Below, one piece after another: positions 1 to 12,954 of a stretch of 64,000 nt of DNA (position 1 is its first letter; each line of letters opens with the position of its first letter). Source of the DNA: Octopus vulgaris (Eukaryota); NCBI GenBank assembly GCA_951406725.2, contig OX597814.1, positions 38,688,001-38,752,000 of the forward strand. The letters are read 5' to 3'. The position numbers and the translations under genes are program-made. The notes below the pieces were generated by a model. The model was not told the origin of the DNA, searched no databases, and saw nothing but the letters and a program-made list of their open reading frames with translations.

Positions 1-274
1 AGTTTTCTTTGATTTCGTGCTGTTGCTTTTTTTTAAAACTTTATTTGATGTGTCTTTCAATTTTTTAGAGATGCTTTGTTTGAGATACAGTTTATTTTTG
101 TATCTTTGTGCTATTTCATAGGAATTCAATATTAATGAATAATTAGCAGTGAGATTGTATCATATCATACTTCTCACTATTGTAATTATAGTGCCTGAAG
201 AATATATTATTTCCTGCATCCTAATGATATTTCGGTTCGCATACGCTTCGTTATGAATACGGTACCAGTTTAAC

Positions 275-275
<1 letters not shown>

Positions 276-343
<68 letters not shown>
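276..343. repeat. (TA)n microsatellite, representative of dozens of such tracts in the window
   Basis: Direct dinucleotide run. Confidence 0.98.
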
Positions 344-347
<4 letters not shown>

Positions 348-1102
348 CAGTATTTTTATTTTCAGGTTTTTAATTAGAAAGGTCTTGTCACATCGGTACA
401 TTTTGTATTGCTCTGAGATAAATATTCTCCTGTTATGCTGCTATCATACACACAGTTTATTTCTTTATAATTTTGAACTTTCACATTCTAGTTATTCGTA
501 TTTGAGGTAATGTTTTTGATTTCACTTAATTTAATATTTTGTAAATATGCTGAAGTTTAACATTTGTGCACGATCTTATCCTGTTCGTTTGTTTGACATA
601 TGCTAGGTTTTGGGGATTGTTTCTCAACATTTTAAAGTTTAATTTTACAACTATTTCTATTTTACCTGATTGCAATCTACTCTTTATGCTAGATTTCGTG
701 TTAGTACATATAATTTTTGTATTTTTGTTCGTTATCCTATTTTTAAGAATATCGATAGCTTTCGCTCCTAATAAGTATATCCACTCATATTGTGACAGTA
801 TAAATTTAGGTTTTTTTTAAATGTGTACATTTTACGGACTCGCATATCTTTTGTGTCAATCTTTGCAGAGGTTTTAGTTGAAACTGGAGTCTTTATATAT
901 TTATTGCTCTCACAATTCTGTTCGATTTGTGGAAGTTCATTATTTTAGAATCTGTCGATTCACGTATGAAATTGAAGTTATGCTCTTTGGAATTTTCTTG
1001 TGAGAAGAGACCGATGTCCAGAGTTGATGATTGCGCCAACTCGCCTCTTTAATTACACCAATAATAATAACAACAAAAAACACAACAACAACAACAAAAA
1101 AA

Positions 1103-1475
1103 ATACTACAGAAATAGTGCTCATGGAAACTGCTCATATCCGAAGAAAAATATTGTCGATATAATTCCGAAAATATTTAAATTTGTAAACATACTCAAAA
1201 GTACTTTTAAATGTATATAATAGCAACCAGATTCTACTCTCATCTTAATATCACACTATCATTTTTCACTAAAGTTCTTTTAATTAAAACAATCTTCTAA
1301 TCTTCTTACGTTCTGATAATTATTCTGTAGAACATTAATCTTTGCCAAACCCAAAAAAAAAAAAAAAAATGTTATTTTAGTCATAACACCAGCTTGAACT
1401 ACTAATTTATTTTCTCTTGAGGTCTCTGCGTGAAGCATGGAGTCAACTTTTACAAATGCAAAGCGAAAGCATACG

Positions 1476-1551
<76 letters not shown>
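1103..1551 (+). mobile_element. 3' terminal fragment of an R4/Dong-like RLE non-LTR retrotransposon ending in (AAT)n
   Basis: 1103-1164 reads, with small indels, as a Q.IVLMETAHI.RKILSI* C-terminus typical of R4/Dong ORFs; a UTR and (AAT)n follow. Confidence 0.5.
1480..1551. repeat. (AAT)n microsatellite
   Basis: Direct trinucleotide run. Confidence 0.98.
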
Positions 1552-1553
<2 letters not shown>

Positions 1554-1599
1554 CGCGGCGTTATTATTATTATCATCAAATAATAATATTATTATTTGA

Positions 1600-4270
1600 T
1601 GATAACTTAACCGGCAGCCCCACCCACTAAGCTTGCTTTGTGAAAGTGTGGAATTTCGACGCCCTGGGGGACTAAAGCAAAACCCGGCAAAGGGCAGAGG
1701 AAATTTAAATAGTCAATGACCATTCGGAAAATGGATAGACAGAACTCAAGAGCCTTGGTTGGCAGTCTGTCTAGGAGAAGGAATACTCTGATTTCAAAAC
1801 CGGTGTAGATAGGACTCCTTAGTCACGGTGGGCAAGCCCAAATCTTTCGCGAAACCAACAGAAGTTTGGGAACAGTTGAGTATTTGGCGCTTCCAAATAG
1901 CCAGTGCTCCGGGTAGGCTGTACTCGTAAAGACTTAAGTGGCAGGCAAACTAGAAGGAACACTCCAAGCCCAAAACCAGGGAAGCAAGGACCCTTCTGCC
2001 TTGGCTGACTACCTTGATAAAGAGGATGTGTCGATGACAATATTGGTCTGTATTATCCTAATATAACACCTCATGTTTGAGTGAAAATGCCAAGCAAAAT
2101 AAATGACAATATCGATATGAACGGGACTAGAACCAATGGCGAAAGTGCCGCTCATGGCAGGTACCCCACTGCTCAACAGGGTGGGCCCGGTCGTAATCCA
2201 AGAACTTCTAGCCATACTACAAGACACAGTCCTTGTACTGCTCGAATTATGCCAAAAGCTCTTTGATATGAACCAAAAGTCGGTCCAGTGCCATAATCAA
2301 GCCTTGCTACAAAAGAAGAATGGCAAATGTAAAGCTGTCGGAAAAGCTCATTAGAACCTTGGAACTAGTCGGCTATGTTGCAGATTACTGAAAATGGACT
2401 CATGAATCAGATAAGAATAATTCGTAATAGAGGCTTTCTTAATGATGTCAGATTCAAATAATCTCTGCAAAAGACTCCAGGATATATAAGAATTACAAGA
2501 ACAGAAGCAAGCCGATGAATCTAAGAATCTTCTACCGTAACAATGTGAAACGTACGACCCAAAAGGTTGATGAGAGTCTGAAATATATTCTGACAAAATA
2601 TCTAACAGAAACAAAGGACTTGATCAGATCTGCTTCAATTTTAGTAGGTGAACTGGTTGGAAAATTAGCCATGGTGGAAGCGGAAAACTGAAGGCGGTAT
2701 TCTAACTTTGCGTAAAGATCAGAGCCGCATAGAAGAGTGGTCAAAAGGGCCAAGGAAAAGTGAAAAATAATGTACCAGGGCATATCTTGACGCGAAGTAG
2801 CAAATTGAAAAGAAAGGATTCAAAACTGTTATCGAAACCCAGAACAACATATGCGGGCTAATACATTAAAGGTGCAGCGCTAGACTGATTGCATATCGGA
2901 ATTCCCGCAAAACCGGCTATTCTCAAATAGCCAGAGACAGGTTTTAAGGTCTTAGGAGGATATAAAGAAGATAATACATCACCTGAAGCAGAAAAAAACC
3001 CGCCAGTTTTGGAATGACATTTGAGATAAGACGTTTCGCACAACAACAGTGCTGATTGGATTCATTCCGTGAGATCTGAACTTCATCATTCAGAGGCTCC
3101 ACAACAGGACCATGTCTGCATAATAACGGAAGATGTCATTCCACAGATGTCAAAGCTGCAAAGAGGAAATCAGCGGGATCGGACGGAATTCAATGCTATT
3201 GGCTCAAGTGGTTTAGGTCGATACACAAGAGAATTGCCAGCAATTGCCTAAGCGCGACACAGCACCGGAGTGGATGGTAGAGTGAAGAACGACGTTGTTA
3301 ACGAAAGATCGGTCAAAGTGCAATGAAGTTGGTAATTATGGAACCATTGCTAGTCTAAACCTCCTATGGAAAGTATTAACAGGTACTCTCGCGGGGAGAA
3401 TATATACGTTCCTTGCGGAAAACAGTCTTCTGTCAGCAGAACAAAAAGGATCCCGAAATGGACCCTAGGGTAGCAAGGACCACCTTGTGAAAAACAAGGT
3501 TATAATGAAGAAGCGTAAACGGTACCAAAAAGAACTGATGCATGGCCTGGATAGTCTTCATAAAGTCTTACAACATGTTGCAGCATTCGTGGTTTATGGA
3601 AACACACGATAAATGTGGAATGTGCACTGATTAAGTACAGTATGCTTAATTGGAAAATGGGTTTTTCCTGTAACAACCAGCTCTTAGCTGAGGTAACACT
3701 CAAAAGCAGTATCTTTCAAAGAGACTATTCTTCACCTCTGTTATTTTGTTATAGCTTTGATCCCACTTTCTGCAGTTGTACGTAAAAATCAAAGTGCATT
3801 ATGAGATATGAAAGAACAGACCGCATCTCAACTACATTCCCTTCATAAATGATTTAAAACTGTTCGGAAAAATAGAACCTGAAATGGAGAGGTTTGCTGA
3901 GAGTGTGCAAATACGCAGCAAGGATATAGGGACGGAATTCGTTATATCGAAGTGTGCAGCGCTTACTTTGCGACAGGGGCAAAGAGTAAATTATAGGGTA
4001 ACAAATTTGACAAAAGGACTGAGAAAGAAAGACCCTAATGATGATGGGTACAAGTACCTTGGGTCATGGAGCTAGACGATATCTTGCACAGAGAAATGAA
4101 AGCCAATGTCACCACTGCGTATTTCAAGCGCCAAAAACGTCTCTAGAAATCAAAGCACAATTCAAACAAAAGGTACTTTGTGATTGCCATTAACATAGGG
4201 GCTATTTCTGTAGTCCGCTATAGTGCACCCATCCTGACATGGACACAAGCAGAGATTGACCAACTCAATC
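1600..4270 (+). mobile_element. Decayed R4/Dong-like RLE non-LTR retrotransposon (5' UTR, N-terminal region, RT pseudogene)
   Basis: ORF start near 2081; PWWKR motif ~2670; RT-like segments NLLWKVLTG (~3360), EQKGSRNGP*GSKDHL (~3440), AWIVF.KSYNM, IFQRDYSSPLL, DLKLFGK, and KCA...YKYLG (ORF 3884-4075). Many stops and frameshifts. Confidence 0.8.
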
Positions 4271-4468
4271 GCACTATCTTTCTCTATCTCTTTCTTTCTT
4301 TCTCTCTCTCTCTTTCTTTCATTTTCTCTCACTTTATATATATACATAATTCAAATTAACAGAAAACAAGACGAAGGCATGTGGAGGAAAAACAAACAGA
4401 TTTATTAGTTTACACAAACACATACACACTCTCTCTCATACATACACACTCACACACAAACACACACA

Positions 4469-4503
<35 letters not shown>

Positions 4504-4524
4504 CGGAGACATAGCTATTAGGCC

Positions 4525-4686
4525 TTGGCCTGAATTTGTGGTAAGAAGCTTGCATCCCGACTACATGGTACCAGGTATAGTCCAACGGCGTAGTATCTTG
4601 GGCAAGGGTTTTCTACCTTAACCACGGGCCTACCAAACCCATAAATTAATTTTCATAGTCGGAAATTCAATGAAGCTCGTTGTGTG

Positions 4687-4722
<36 letters not shown>

Positions 4723-4975
4723 TGTATGTATGTATGTATGTATGTATGTATGTATGTATGTTTGAATGCATATAGTTGTCTGCCTGTGCCCTATCACACC
4801 CCATCATCACCTGACAACAGTTGTTGACGTGTTATGTCCGGGTACTTTAGCGTTTCGGCACATAATGCCGATAGGATAAATACTACGCTTACAAAAATTA
4901 AGGGGTTGATTTGTTCGATTAAAATCACTTAGGATGGTGCTTCAGAATGGCTGCAGTCTAAACTCCTGAACCAAT
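4525..4975 (+). mobile_element. tRNA-derived SINE family A, diverged copy with internal (TATG)n
   Basis: Aligns by eye with the copy at 7347-7790 (gtggtaagaagcttgc, cttgggcaag, ttagcgtttcggca, atggctgcagtc). Confidence 0.75.
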
Positions 4976-5083
4976 TAATATATATATTTATATATGTATA
5001 TATATACATATATATTATTCACTTTGACAAAAAAGCAAATGAAGAAAACAGGTGAAGGAAAAACAAGCAGTTGTATTAGATAT

Positions 5084-5134
<51 letters not shown>

Positions 5135-5138
5135 CATA

Positions 5139-5236
<98 letters not shown>

Positions 5237-5775
5237 CATACGTATATATATATATGTATATATATAAATGAATGTTTTTATATATAATGAACGTGAAATA
5301 CAGGAAGGGACGAACACGGAACACAGACAAATCATTCGAAGCCTTCAATCTTCAGTCAGACACCGAATCATCATAGCAAATTTCGGCTGTTCAATTCTGA
5401 TATTTGCTCCAACTTGGCCAGCCCCAAGAAAAAAACTAAGCTGTAAGCATTAGATTTCTTGGTAGAAGACAGGAATGTGAACTCACAAGACGGATGTAAA
5501 TACAAGAGACGAAAACGAAATTGAAAACAGTAATGAATAAACAAAATATATATAACGGTGGTTGTCATACGACTTTAGACCAAATGAGACAAAAACAACA
5601 ACAACATAGCTGGCGTAGAAATAATTACCGTTTCGGTAGCGGGGACACATGTTGGTCGAGATACGATGGCCAACAGAATGGTTTAAGAAACAGCAGGTCG
5701 CAGGAGAGAGAGAGAAAGAGAGACAGAGAGAGAGGGAATCAATATATATACATATATGTATGTATATATATACAT

Positions 5776-5810
<35 letters not shown>

Positions 5811-5864
5811 ATATATATACATATATATATATATCAATATATATACATATATGTATGTATATAT

Positions 5865-5969
<105 letters not shown>

Positions 5970-6017
5970 CAGTCGATCAAAAAAATATATTTATAGACAA
6001 TCATATCAATATTAAGA

Positions 6018-6180
6018 AAGAAGAAGAAGATGAAGAAGAAGATGAAGAAGAAGAAGATGAAGAAGAAGAAGAAGAAGAAGGAGGAGGAGAAGAAGAAGAA
6101 GAAGAAGAAGAAGAAGAAGAAGAAGAAGAAGAAGAAGAAGAAGAAGAAGAAGAAGAAGAAGAAGAAGAAGAAGAAGAGGA
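6018..6180. repeat. (GAA)n microsatellite
   Basis: Direct purine trinucleotide run. Confidence 0.98.
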
Positions 6181-6659
6181 TCAACCACACAAACAACAAA
6201 AACGGCAACAACAACAACGATGTCAACGACAATATTCAAAACTTGAACACATTGGACATTCTTGGAATATTTTATGTTTACAGCTGTCAGGCAATATCAC
6301 ATTCAGCATAATATCACCTATTACCTGATAAATATATAGAATATCTCTTGAGTAGTATATTACAATTTGTGATTTGTCTTCATAAGTAACGTCAAATTAA
6401 AAGCACTAGCCCGTGATACGAAAAGTAATTTAGCATTGCATATCGACAAAATAGAATTGCATAGGGGATAACCTATGCTGGTAATTTAATTTCATCTAAG
6501 TAGCTGGGCGTTTTGGATATCACCAATCTTTATATTTACGTTTTTATCAGAACGTCAATTTATTACAGCGTCGCACATTTGAAATGAATAAAAGTATATG
6601 CACAAGAAAACACACATGGACACATATATGCATATTTATCTATCTAGTTAGTTATCCAT

Positions 6660-6733
<74 letters not shown>
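6660..6733. repeat. (TATC)n microsatellite
   Basis: Direct tetranucleotide run. Confidence 0.97.
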
Positions 6734-6820
6734 GTGTCTATATATATATATTTATAAATATACATGTGTGTATGTATATGTACATACAAATGCATATATG
6801 TGTGTATATATATTCATACG

Positions 6821-6880
<60 letters not shown>

Positions 6881-6902
6881 CACATATATACGTTGCACGC
6901 TA

Positions 6903-7255
6903 TCGGTTACGACGGCAAAGGTTATAGTTTATACGATCGACGGAACAGCCAGCTTGTGAAATTAACGTGCAAGTGATTGAGCACTCCACAGACACGTGTA
7001 CAATTAACGTAATTCTCGGGGAAATTCAATGTGACACAGAGGGTGACAAAGCTGGACTTTTGAAATACAGGTAAATCAAGAACAGGAAAAATAGTATGAA
7101 AATATAGTGGTGAAAGAGTACAGCTGGTTTCGCCATCACTCCATGTTTCAATTTCGAGGAGTTTTTGCTCAATAAACACTCCCCTCACCAGGTCTTGGAA
7201 TCGAAACCGCGATCGTATGATTGTGTATCCACTGCCTAACAACTGGGCCATTCCT
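6903..7255 (-). mobile_element. tRNA-derived SINE family C
   Basis: Minus-strand head TGGCCCAGTTGTTAGG...GTTTCGATTCC (A/B-box-like); body shared with 30730-30900 and 44720-45000. Confidence 0.7.
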
Positions 7256-7258
7256 CCC

Positions 7259-7290
<32 letters not shown>

Positions 7291-7346
7291 TACACATATA
7301 CACATAAACATGCCTGCATGTATATGTATACATGTATATATATACA

Positions 7347-7511
7347 GGCGCAGGAGTGGCTGTCTGTTAAGTAGCGTGCTTAACAACCACATGGTTCCTG
7401 GTTCAGTCCCACAGTGTGGAATCTTGGGCAAGTGTCTTCTGCTATAGCTTCGGGCCGACCAATGCCTTGTGAGTGGATTTGGTAGACAGAAACTGAAAGA
7501 AGCCTGTCGTA

Positions 7512-7557
<46 letters not shown>

Positions 7558-7790
7558 TATATGTATGTGTGTGTATATGTTGGTGCGTCTGTGTTTGTCC
7601 CCCTAGCATTGCTTGACAACAGATGCTGGTGTGTTTACGTCCCCGTCACTTAGCGATTCGGCGACAGAGACCGATGGAATAAGTACTGGGCTTACAAAGA
7701 ATAAGTCCCGGGGTCGATTTGCTCGACTAAAGGCGGTGCCCTGCATGGCCACAGTCAAATGACTAAAACAAGTAAAAGAGTAAAAAGAGT
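7347..7790 (+). mobile_element. tRNA-derived SINE family A, full length, with internal (TA)n/(TG)n
   Basis: Head ggcgcaggagtggctg...ggttcagtccc (Pol III box-like); near-identical to 56987-57337 and 8804-9245; ends in agtaaaagag repeats. Confidence 0.9.
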
Positions 7791-7805
7791 ATATAGATAT
7801 CCGTA

Positions 7806-7839
<34 letters not shown>

Positions 7840-7915
7840 TATCTATCTATGTATATGTAGTTAAGTAGTATGCGTATATATGTATATATATATGTGTGTG
7901 TGTGTGTTTGTGTGT

Positions 7916-7959
<44 letters not shown>

Positions 7960-7966
7960 GCATATA

Positions 7967-8032
<66 letters not shown>

Positions 8033-8803
8033 TATTTTTTTTATTTTTTTTATTTGATTTTTGATTTTTCCAGTTTCAGCTAATGAGCTGTGGCCATGCT
8101 GGGGCACCGCCATTTATATATATGTGTGTATATATTAAATCATATATGTATAAAAATGCATGCATATATGTACTGAGAGAGTGAGGGAGAGAAATATTTG
8201 AAGATCAGTCGGTAGATAGGTAGGTAGGTAGGTTGGTAGGTAGATATGTAGGTAGGGTGAGAGTATGTATCCAGGTATATATGGATGTTTGTATGTAGGT
8301 AGGTATGTAGGTAGGTCTACATTTAAATGCTACTTATGATCTGAATAGCAGCTTGCTATGTTTTTCAGTGTAACTACATAAGAAAGTGATATATTGTGAA
8401 CCAAAAATGTATAGCTCACTATTCTAGTAATTCTGATAAAGTGCATACATTTTAGCACACACTTCAATATATCATTACCAATACACGAAGCAGCAATTTC
8501 TAGTAACTTATAAGGCAAGGAAATAAAATTCATTGACCTGTATGATATAGATCTGATATAAAAGTTGCCTCTCTTACACGTTCATTGTCATCGTCAAATA
8601 ATGTGTAAAGGTGAAGGCATATTAAGAAGGTGGTGTGTTCATATATTTAATATTTATCTTTATTCCAGAATTTAGATTCTACGTTGCGTTCTTTTACGGA
8701 TTCTCTTGACTGCTAAGTTGTAAAGACGAAAAGAAATCAAACCTTTCGTCAGGCAATAGTGGGGACAAAAACATAGAAACAATTTCATACATATGTATAT
8801 ATA

Positions 8804-8966
8804 GGCGCAGAAGTGGGTGTGCGGTAAGTAGCTTGTTTACCAACCACATGATTCCGTGTTCAGTCCCAGTGCGTGGAACCTTGGGCAAATGTCTTCTACT
8901 GTAGCCTTGGGCCGACCAAAGCCTTGTGAGTGGATTTCGCAGACGGAAGCTGAAAAAGGCCCGACT

Positions 8967-8999
<33 letters not shown>

Positions 9000-9245
9000 G
9001 CATACATTTATATATATATATGTGCATGTTCGTATGTGTGTGTATGTTTGTGCGTCTGTTTTTGCCCCCCACCCAAAATCACTTGACAACCGATGCTCGA
9101 GTGTTTACATCCGCGTACGTTAACTGTTCGGCAAAAAAACAGCCGAAGAACAAGTACTGGGCTTACAAAGAATAAGTCCTTGGGTCGATTTGCTCGACTA
9201 AAGGTGGAGCTCCAATATGCCCATAACCAAATGAATGAAACAATA
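8804..9245 (+). mobile_element. tRNA-derived SINE family A, full length
   Basis: Collinear with 7347-7790. Confidence 0.88.
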
Positions 9246-9279
9246 TAAATAAAAATATATATTTAACAAATTTTACATT

Positions 9280-9348
<69 letters not shown>

Positions 9349-9781
9349 CACACACAACATTAAGGAATAGGGGAGTTAAAACCCAGGCTACATATGTGCC
9401 TGCTACCTATGAAAGTAATGTAGCCTGGATGTTATGTATTCCATTGCTTATTTTGGAATTTTTATTTGCATCCACAGCAATACGGGCTGCTAACCGTGAA
9501 CAAGAAACTATACTTGTCAGCTTATCGAAATTTCATGTGAGAAAAATCTACAAGCTTTTACGTCAATATACCGCTATTGTTCCTGGAAGATGTGTTTTAT
9601 ACATTCTGCGGACTGCTGAAATCTTACTAACCTCCTACACCTTGTTGCTTGGATCACGCATTCACATACAAATACACACACACACACATATGTATATATA
9701 TATACGCATGTATATGTATGAATGTATGTATATGTATGTATATGTGTGTATGTATATGTATATATATATATATATATATAT

Positions 9782-10495
9782 CCAAGCCCCCTGCAACAGT
9801 CAAAACCAGCCACTACACTAACCTCCACATTCCTACTCAATGCACAAGGTGTCAGCCCTTCCATCAATGCACAAAAATGGAAGGTCCAATTCATTGAAGA
9901 CTGGGTTGGTAACAATTCACACCACATCCCTTTCTTCATTCTCACTGAGACCCACCTTGACAACTCCCACTTGGAAGCCGAAGTGAGAGTGAAGAATTTC
10001 ACAACCATCCGCGCGGATCGTATCGGCAGGAGGAAGGGTGGAACTGCCATTTTCCTGCATGATTCATTTACGGCAGATGGAAATAGTATATTCTCCAACG
10101 GCTACTGTGAATCAGTCACCGTGCACAACAAAGCCAATGATCTGACAGTAATTGGACTCTATAGGCCGCCCCAAACACCCATACTGTGCTTTAAAGAATG
10201 CCTCAACAGCATTAAGTGCTTTATTCAACAGTGCCATTCTAGCAACATACTCATGATGGGAGACTTCAATCTACCCTGTGTTGACTGGACTACAAACTGT
10301 TTGAAACCAAGCACTCCCGCCTCAACCGCTGACAAAGAAGCAGCAGAGTCACTTTTCGACTTTACGAATGAGTTTTTCTTGTCCCAACTTGTCCTTGCAC
10401 CAACAAGACATCAGAACATTTTGGACCTAGTGTTTAGTAGCCACACTAACACTATACATAACGTTACAGTGGAAAACCCTTCTTTCAGACCATGA
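9782..10495 (+). CDS. LINE ORF2 apurinic-like endonuclease (APE) domain
   Basis: Motifs LNAQG, LTETHL, RADR..RKGGTAIF, GLYRPP, MGDFNLP, PTR..NILDLVF; SDH follows after a frameshift at ~10475. Confidence 0.9.
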   Translation, partial: PSPLQQSKPATTLTSTFLLNAQGVSPSINAQKWKVQFIEDWVGNNSHHIPFFILTETHLDNSHLEAEVRVKNFTTIRADRIGRRKGGTAIFLHDSFTADGNSIFSNGYCESVTVHNKANDLTVIGLYRPPQTPILCFKECLNSIKCFIQQCHSSNILMMGDFNLPCVDWTTNCLKPSTPASTADKEAAESLFDFTNEFFLSQLVLAPTRHQNILDLVFSSHTNTIHNVTVENPSFRP

Positions 10496-11345
10496 CATGG
10501 TTCTCTGTAATATGAAATTCCACCAGCCGAAAGCTAATCCTAGTGACCTTCCTCCAGCCCACCCATTTGACAACATGGATCTCCATAAAGCCAACTGGGA
10601 TGCAATCAGGAACGAGCTATCAAATGTTGACTGGTCCTTTACACATACACACATCTCCACCAACCATAAAACATCTTGGCAGATCTTTGTAGACACCGTC
10701 ACAGACATATGTGCAAAACACTCCCCACCAAGACCTGTGAACAAAAAGTGCAGAATCCCCCAAAACAGAAAAACCATTATCAGAAAAATAAAAAGAACAA
10801 ACAAAAAAATTAACAAACTAAAGTACTGCCAACAGCAACACACACATTCGACGGCTATCGCACTGCTTGAATCCAAAAAATATAACCTCCAACAATGCAT
10901 GAAGTCCCTCATCAATAACCAAAGATCAGCTGAGGAGAAGTGGGCCATTGAAAAAATCAAACTCAACCCCAAAGTGTTCTTTTCATTTGCGAGGAAACGC
11001 AGGGTCACTGTCTCCACTGTAGGCCCTCTAATTGACGAAACTGGCACTCTCCAAGATAATCCCAAATCCATGGCCGAGATACTGCAGAAACAATACTGCT
11101 CTGTTTTCAGCAATCCTGATATGGCCGATCTGGGCTGTATCAGTGATGTCAACCCCCAACACACTATATCGGACATAACGTTTAGTGCCCCTGATGTCTT
11201 AGCGGCGATAAACGAAATAAAACACAATTCAGCAGTAGGCCCCGATAGGTTCCCTGCTTGTGTCCTGAAGGTGTGTCGACACCAACTTGCATCTCCCCTT
11301 GCTAATCTGTGGAGAAACTCACTGGATGCTGGCTATATTCCAAAA
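10476..11345 (+). CDS. LINE ORF2 linker region between the two frameshifts
   Basis: Open frame with LSDHDMV, KANWDAIR, IKLNPKVFFSF, SAVGPD..PA..LK, typical of CR1 ORF2. Confidence 0.85.
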
Positions 11346-12769
11346 ACCTTCTGTCCCAGTCTGTTGTCCCAGTTTTCAAAAAGGGAAACAAGTCCCTTGC
11401 AGTGAATTACCGTCCGATCTCACTCACCTCTCATATCATCAAGGTATTTGAGAGGGTGGTGAGATCTCAAATAACCCAATTTCTGGAAAGCAACAGACGG
11501 CTGATCTCCAACCAACATGGGTTCCGTAATGGAAGGGACTGCCTAACGCAGCTCCTGCATCACTTTGAGGACATTTTGAGAGCTTTGGGAGAGGGCTCCA
11601 ACACCGATGTCATCTACCTTGATTTCAGTAAGGCCTTCGACAGGGTCGATCACAAGATCCTATTGAAAAAACTATCCAACATTGGTGTCTCTGGAAAGTT
11701 ACTGAAATGGATTAAGTGTTTCCTGACAGACAGATCTCAACATGTTGTAGTTGAAGGGGTAAAATCAAGCCCAGCCAAAGTCAGTAGTGGCGTTCCGCAA
11801 GGCACTGTGCTGGGCCCACTTCTTTTCATCATTTACATTAATGACATTAATGACATCATCAAGCACAGCAACATAAAAATCTTTGCAGATGACTCCAAGC
11901 TACAGAAGGTCATAAATGAGGCGAGTGACCGGACATGCCTTCAGTCAGATCTACTGGCTGTTATTCAATGGGCAGAAAAAAACAATATGCTGCTGAACGA
12001 GGATAAATTTGAGCTAATCCACTTTGGAAAAGAGGATGCCCTGAAACTCCCATACTCCCTTCCTTCAGGTGAAACTCTCACGGCGTCCAACAACATCAGA
12101 GACTTGGGAGTAATTGTGGACAACAACGTAAGCTGGGCCACTCATATAAACACCAAAGTTGACATGGCCCGCAGAATGTGTTCCTGGATTCTCAGAACTT
12201 TCCAGTCGAGAGATATCCACACCATTATCCTTCTCTTCTCCACTTTTGCCCGACCCCACCTTGAATACTGTTGTCCACTGTGGTCTCCCCACACAATACA
12301 AGGTATCATAAAAGTCGAAGCACCTCAAAGGGCAATCACAAAAAAGATAGATGGCATGACAGGCCTCGACTATTGGGGTCGACTAGAAAAGCTAAAACTC
12401 TATTCTCTCCAACGTCGTCGTGAGCGCTACATCATCTGCATGATGTGGAAAATATTCCATCAGCATTGCCCAAATGATGTTGGTATCACCTTTAAGGTAC
12501 ATCCAAGGCTTGGGCCCCGTTCCATCCGCCCAAAACAAAAATCGCACTCTCATCTCATAACAACAATACGGCACAATTATTTCACCTCAATTGGCCCCGC
12601 TCTCTTTAACATTACACCAAAACACATTAAAACAGAAACTGACCCTATAGGGTTCAAGAAGTCTTTGGACAGATTCCTTCAAGAAATCCCGGATAAACCC
12701 CCTACACCCGGATATGTCTCTGTAAACAATAACTCTCTACTTGAGTGGGCCATAGTGCCCAAATTCTGA
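11345..12769 (+). CDS. LINE ORF2 reverse transcriptase domain and C-terminus
   Basis: NYRPISLTS, QHGFR, YLDFSKAFDRVDH, SGVPQGTVLGPLLF, FADD, RDLGV, RPHLEYC..WSP, LYSLQRRR. Confidence 0.95.
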   Translation, partial: NLLSQSVVPVFKKGNKSLAVNYRPISLTSHIIKVFERVVRSQITQFLESNRRLISNQHGFRNGRDCLTQLLHHFEDILRALGEGSNTDVIYLDFSKAFDRVDHKILLKKLSNIGVSGKLLKWIKCFLTDRSQHVVVEGVKSSPAKVSSGVPQGTVLGPLLFIIYINDINDIIKHSNIKIFADDSKLQKVINEASDRTCLQSDLLAVIQWAEKNNMLLNEDKFELIHFGKEDALKLPYSLPSGETLTASNNIRDLGVIVDNNVSWATHINTKVDMARRMCSWILRTFQSRDIHTIILLFSTFARPHLEYCCPLWSPHTIQGIIKVEAPQRAITKKIDGMTGLDYWGRLEKLKLYSLQRRRERYIICMMWKIFHQHCPNDVGITFKVHPRLGPRSIRPKQKSHSHLITTIRHNYFTSIGPALFNITPKHIKTETDPIGFKKSLDRFLQEIPDKPPTPGYVSVNNNSLLEWAIVPKF

Positions 12770-12854
12770 CTTGAAAGACTTCACCAGGTGGTGCTATTAA
12801 GTTAGACATGGCCTGGGCCAATAATGGCCGAAACCTATCAAAGTATCAAAGTAA

Positions 12855-12919
<65 letters not shown>

Positions 12920-12954
12920 CATACTTATACACACACATACATATGTAAGCATGT

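Larger units (their letters stand above)
9782..12856 (+). mobile_element. CR1-clade LINE, 5'-truncated at the start of ORF2, inserted in a (TA)n tract
   Basis: APE and RT domains; short 3' UTR with hairpin ggcca-ataa-tggcc and 8-bp tail repeat (tatcaaag)2; (TA)n on both sides. Confidence 0.92.

Noticed and set aside
6012-6311. Poly-K/F/L ORFs, and poly-N/I/Y ORFs at 1280-1630 and 22837-23402
   Set aside because: Translations of (GAA)n and (AAT)n repeats.
10427-11227. 266-aa minus-strand ORF (also 9574-10098, 12065-12328, 55634-56137)
   Set aside because: Antisense shadows of LINE coding sequence with no recognisable motifs.
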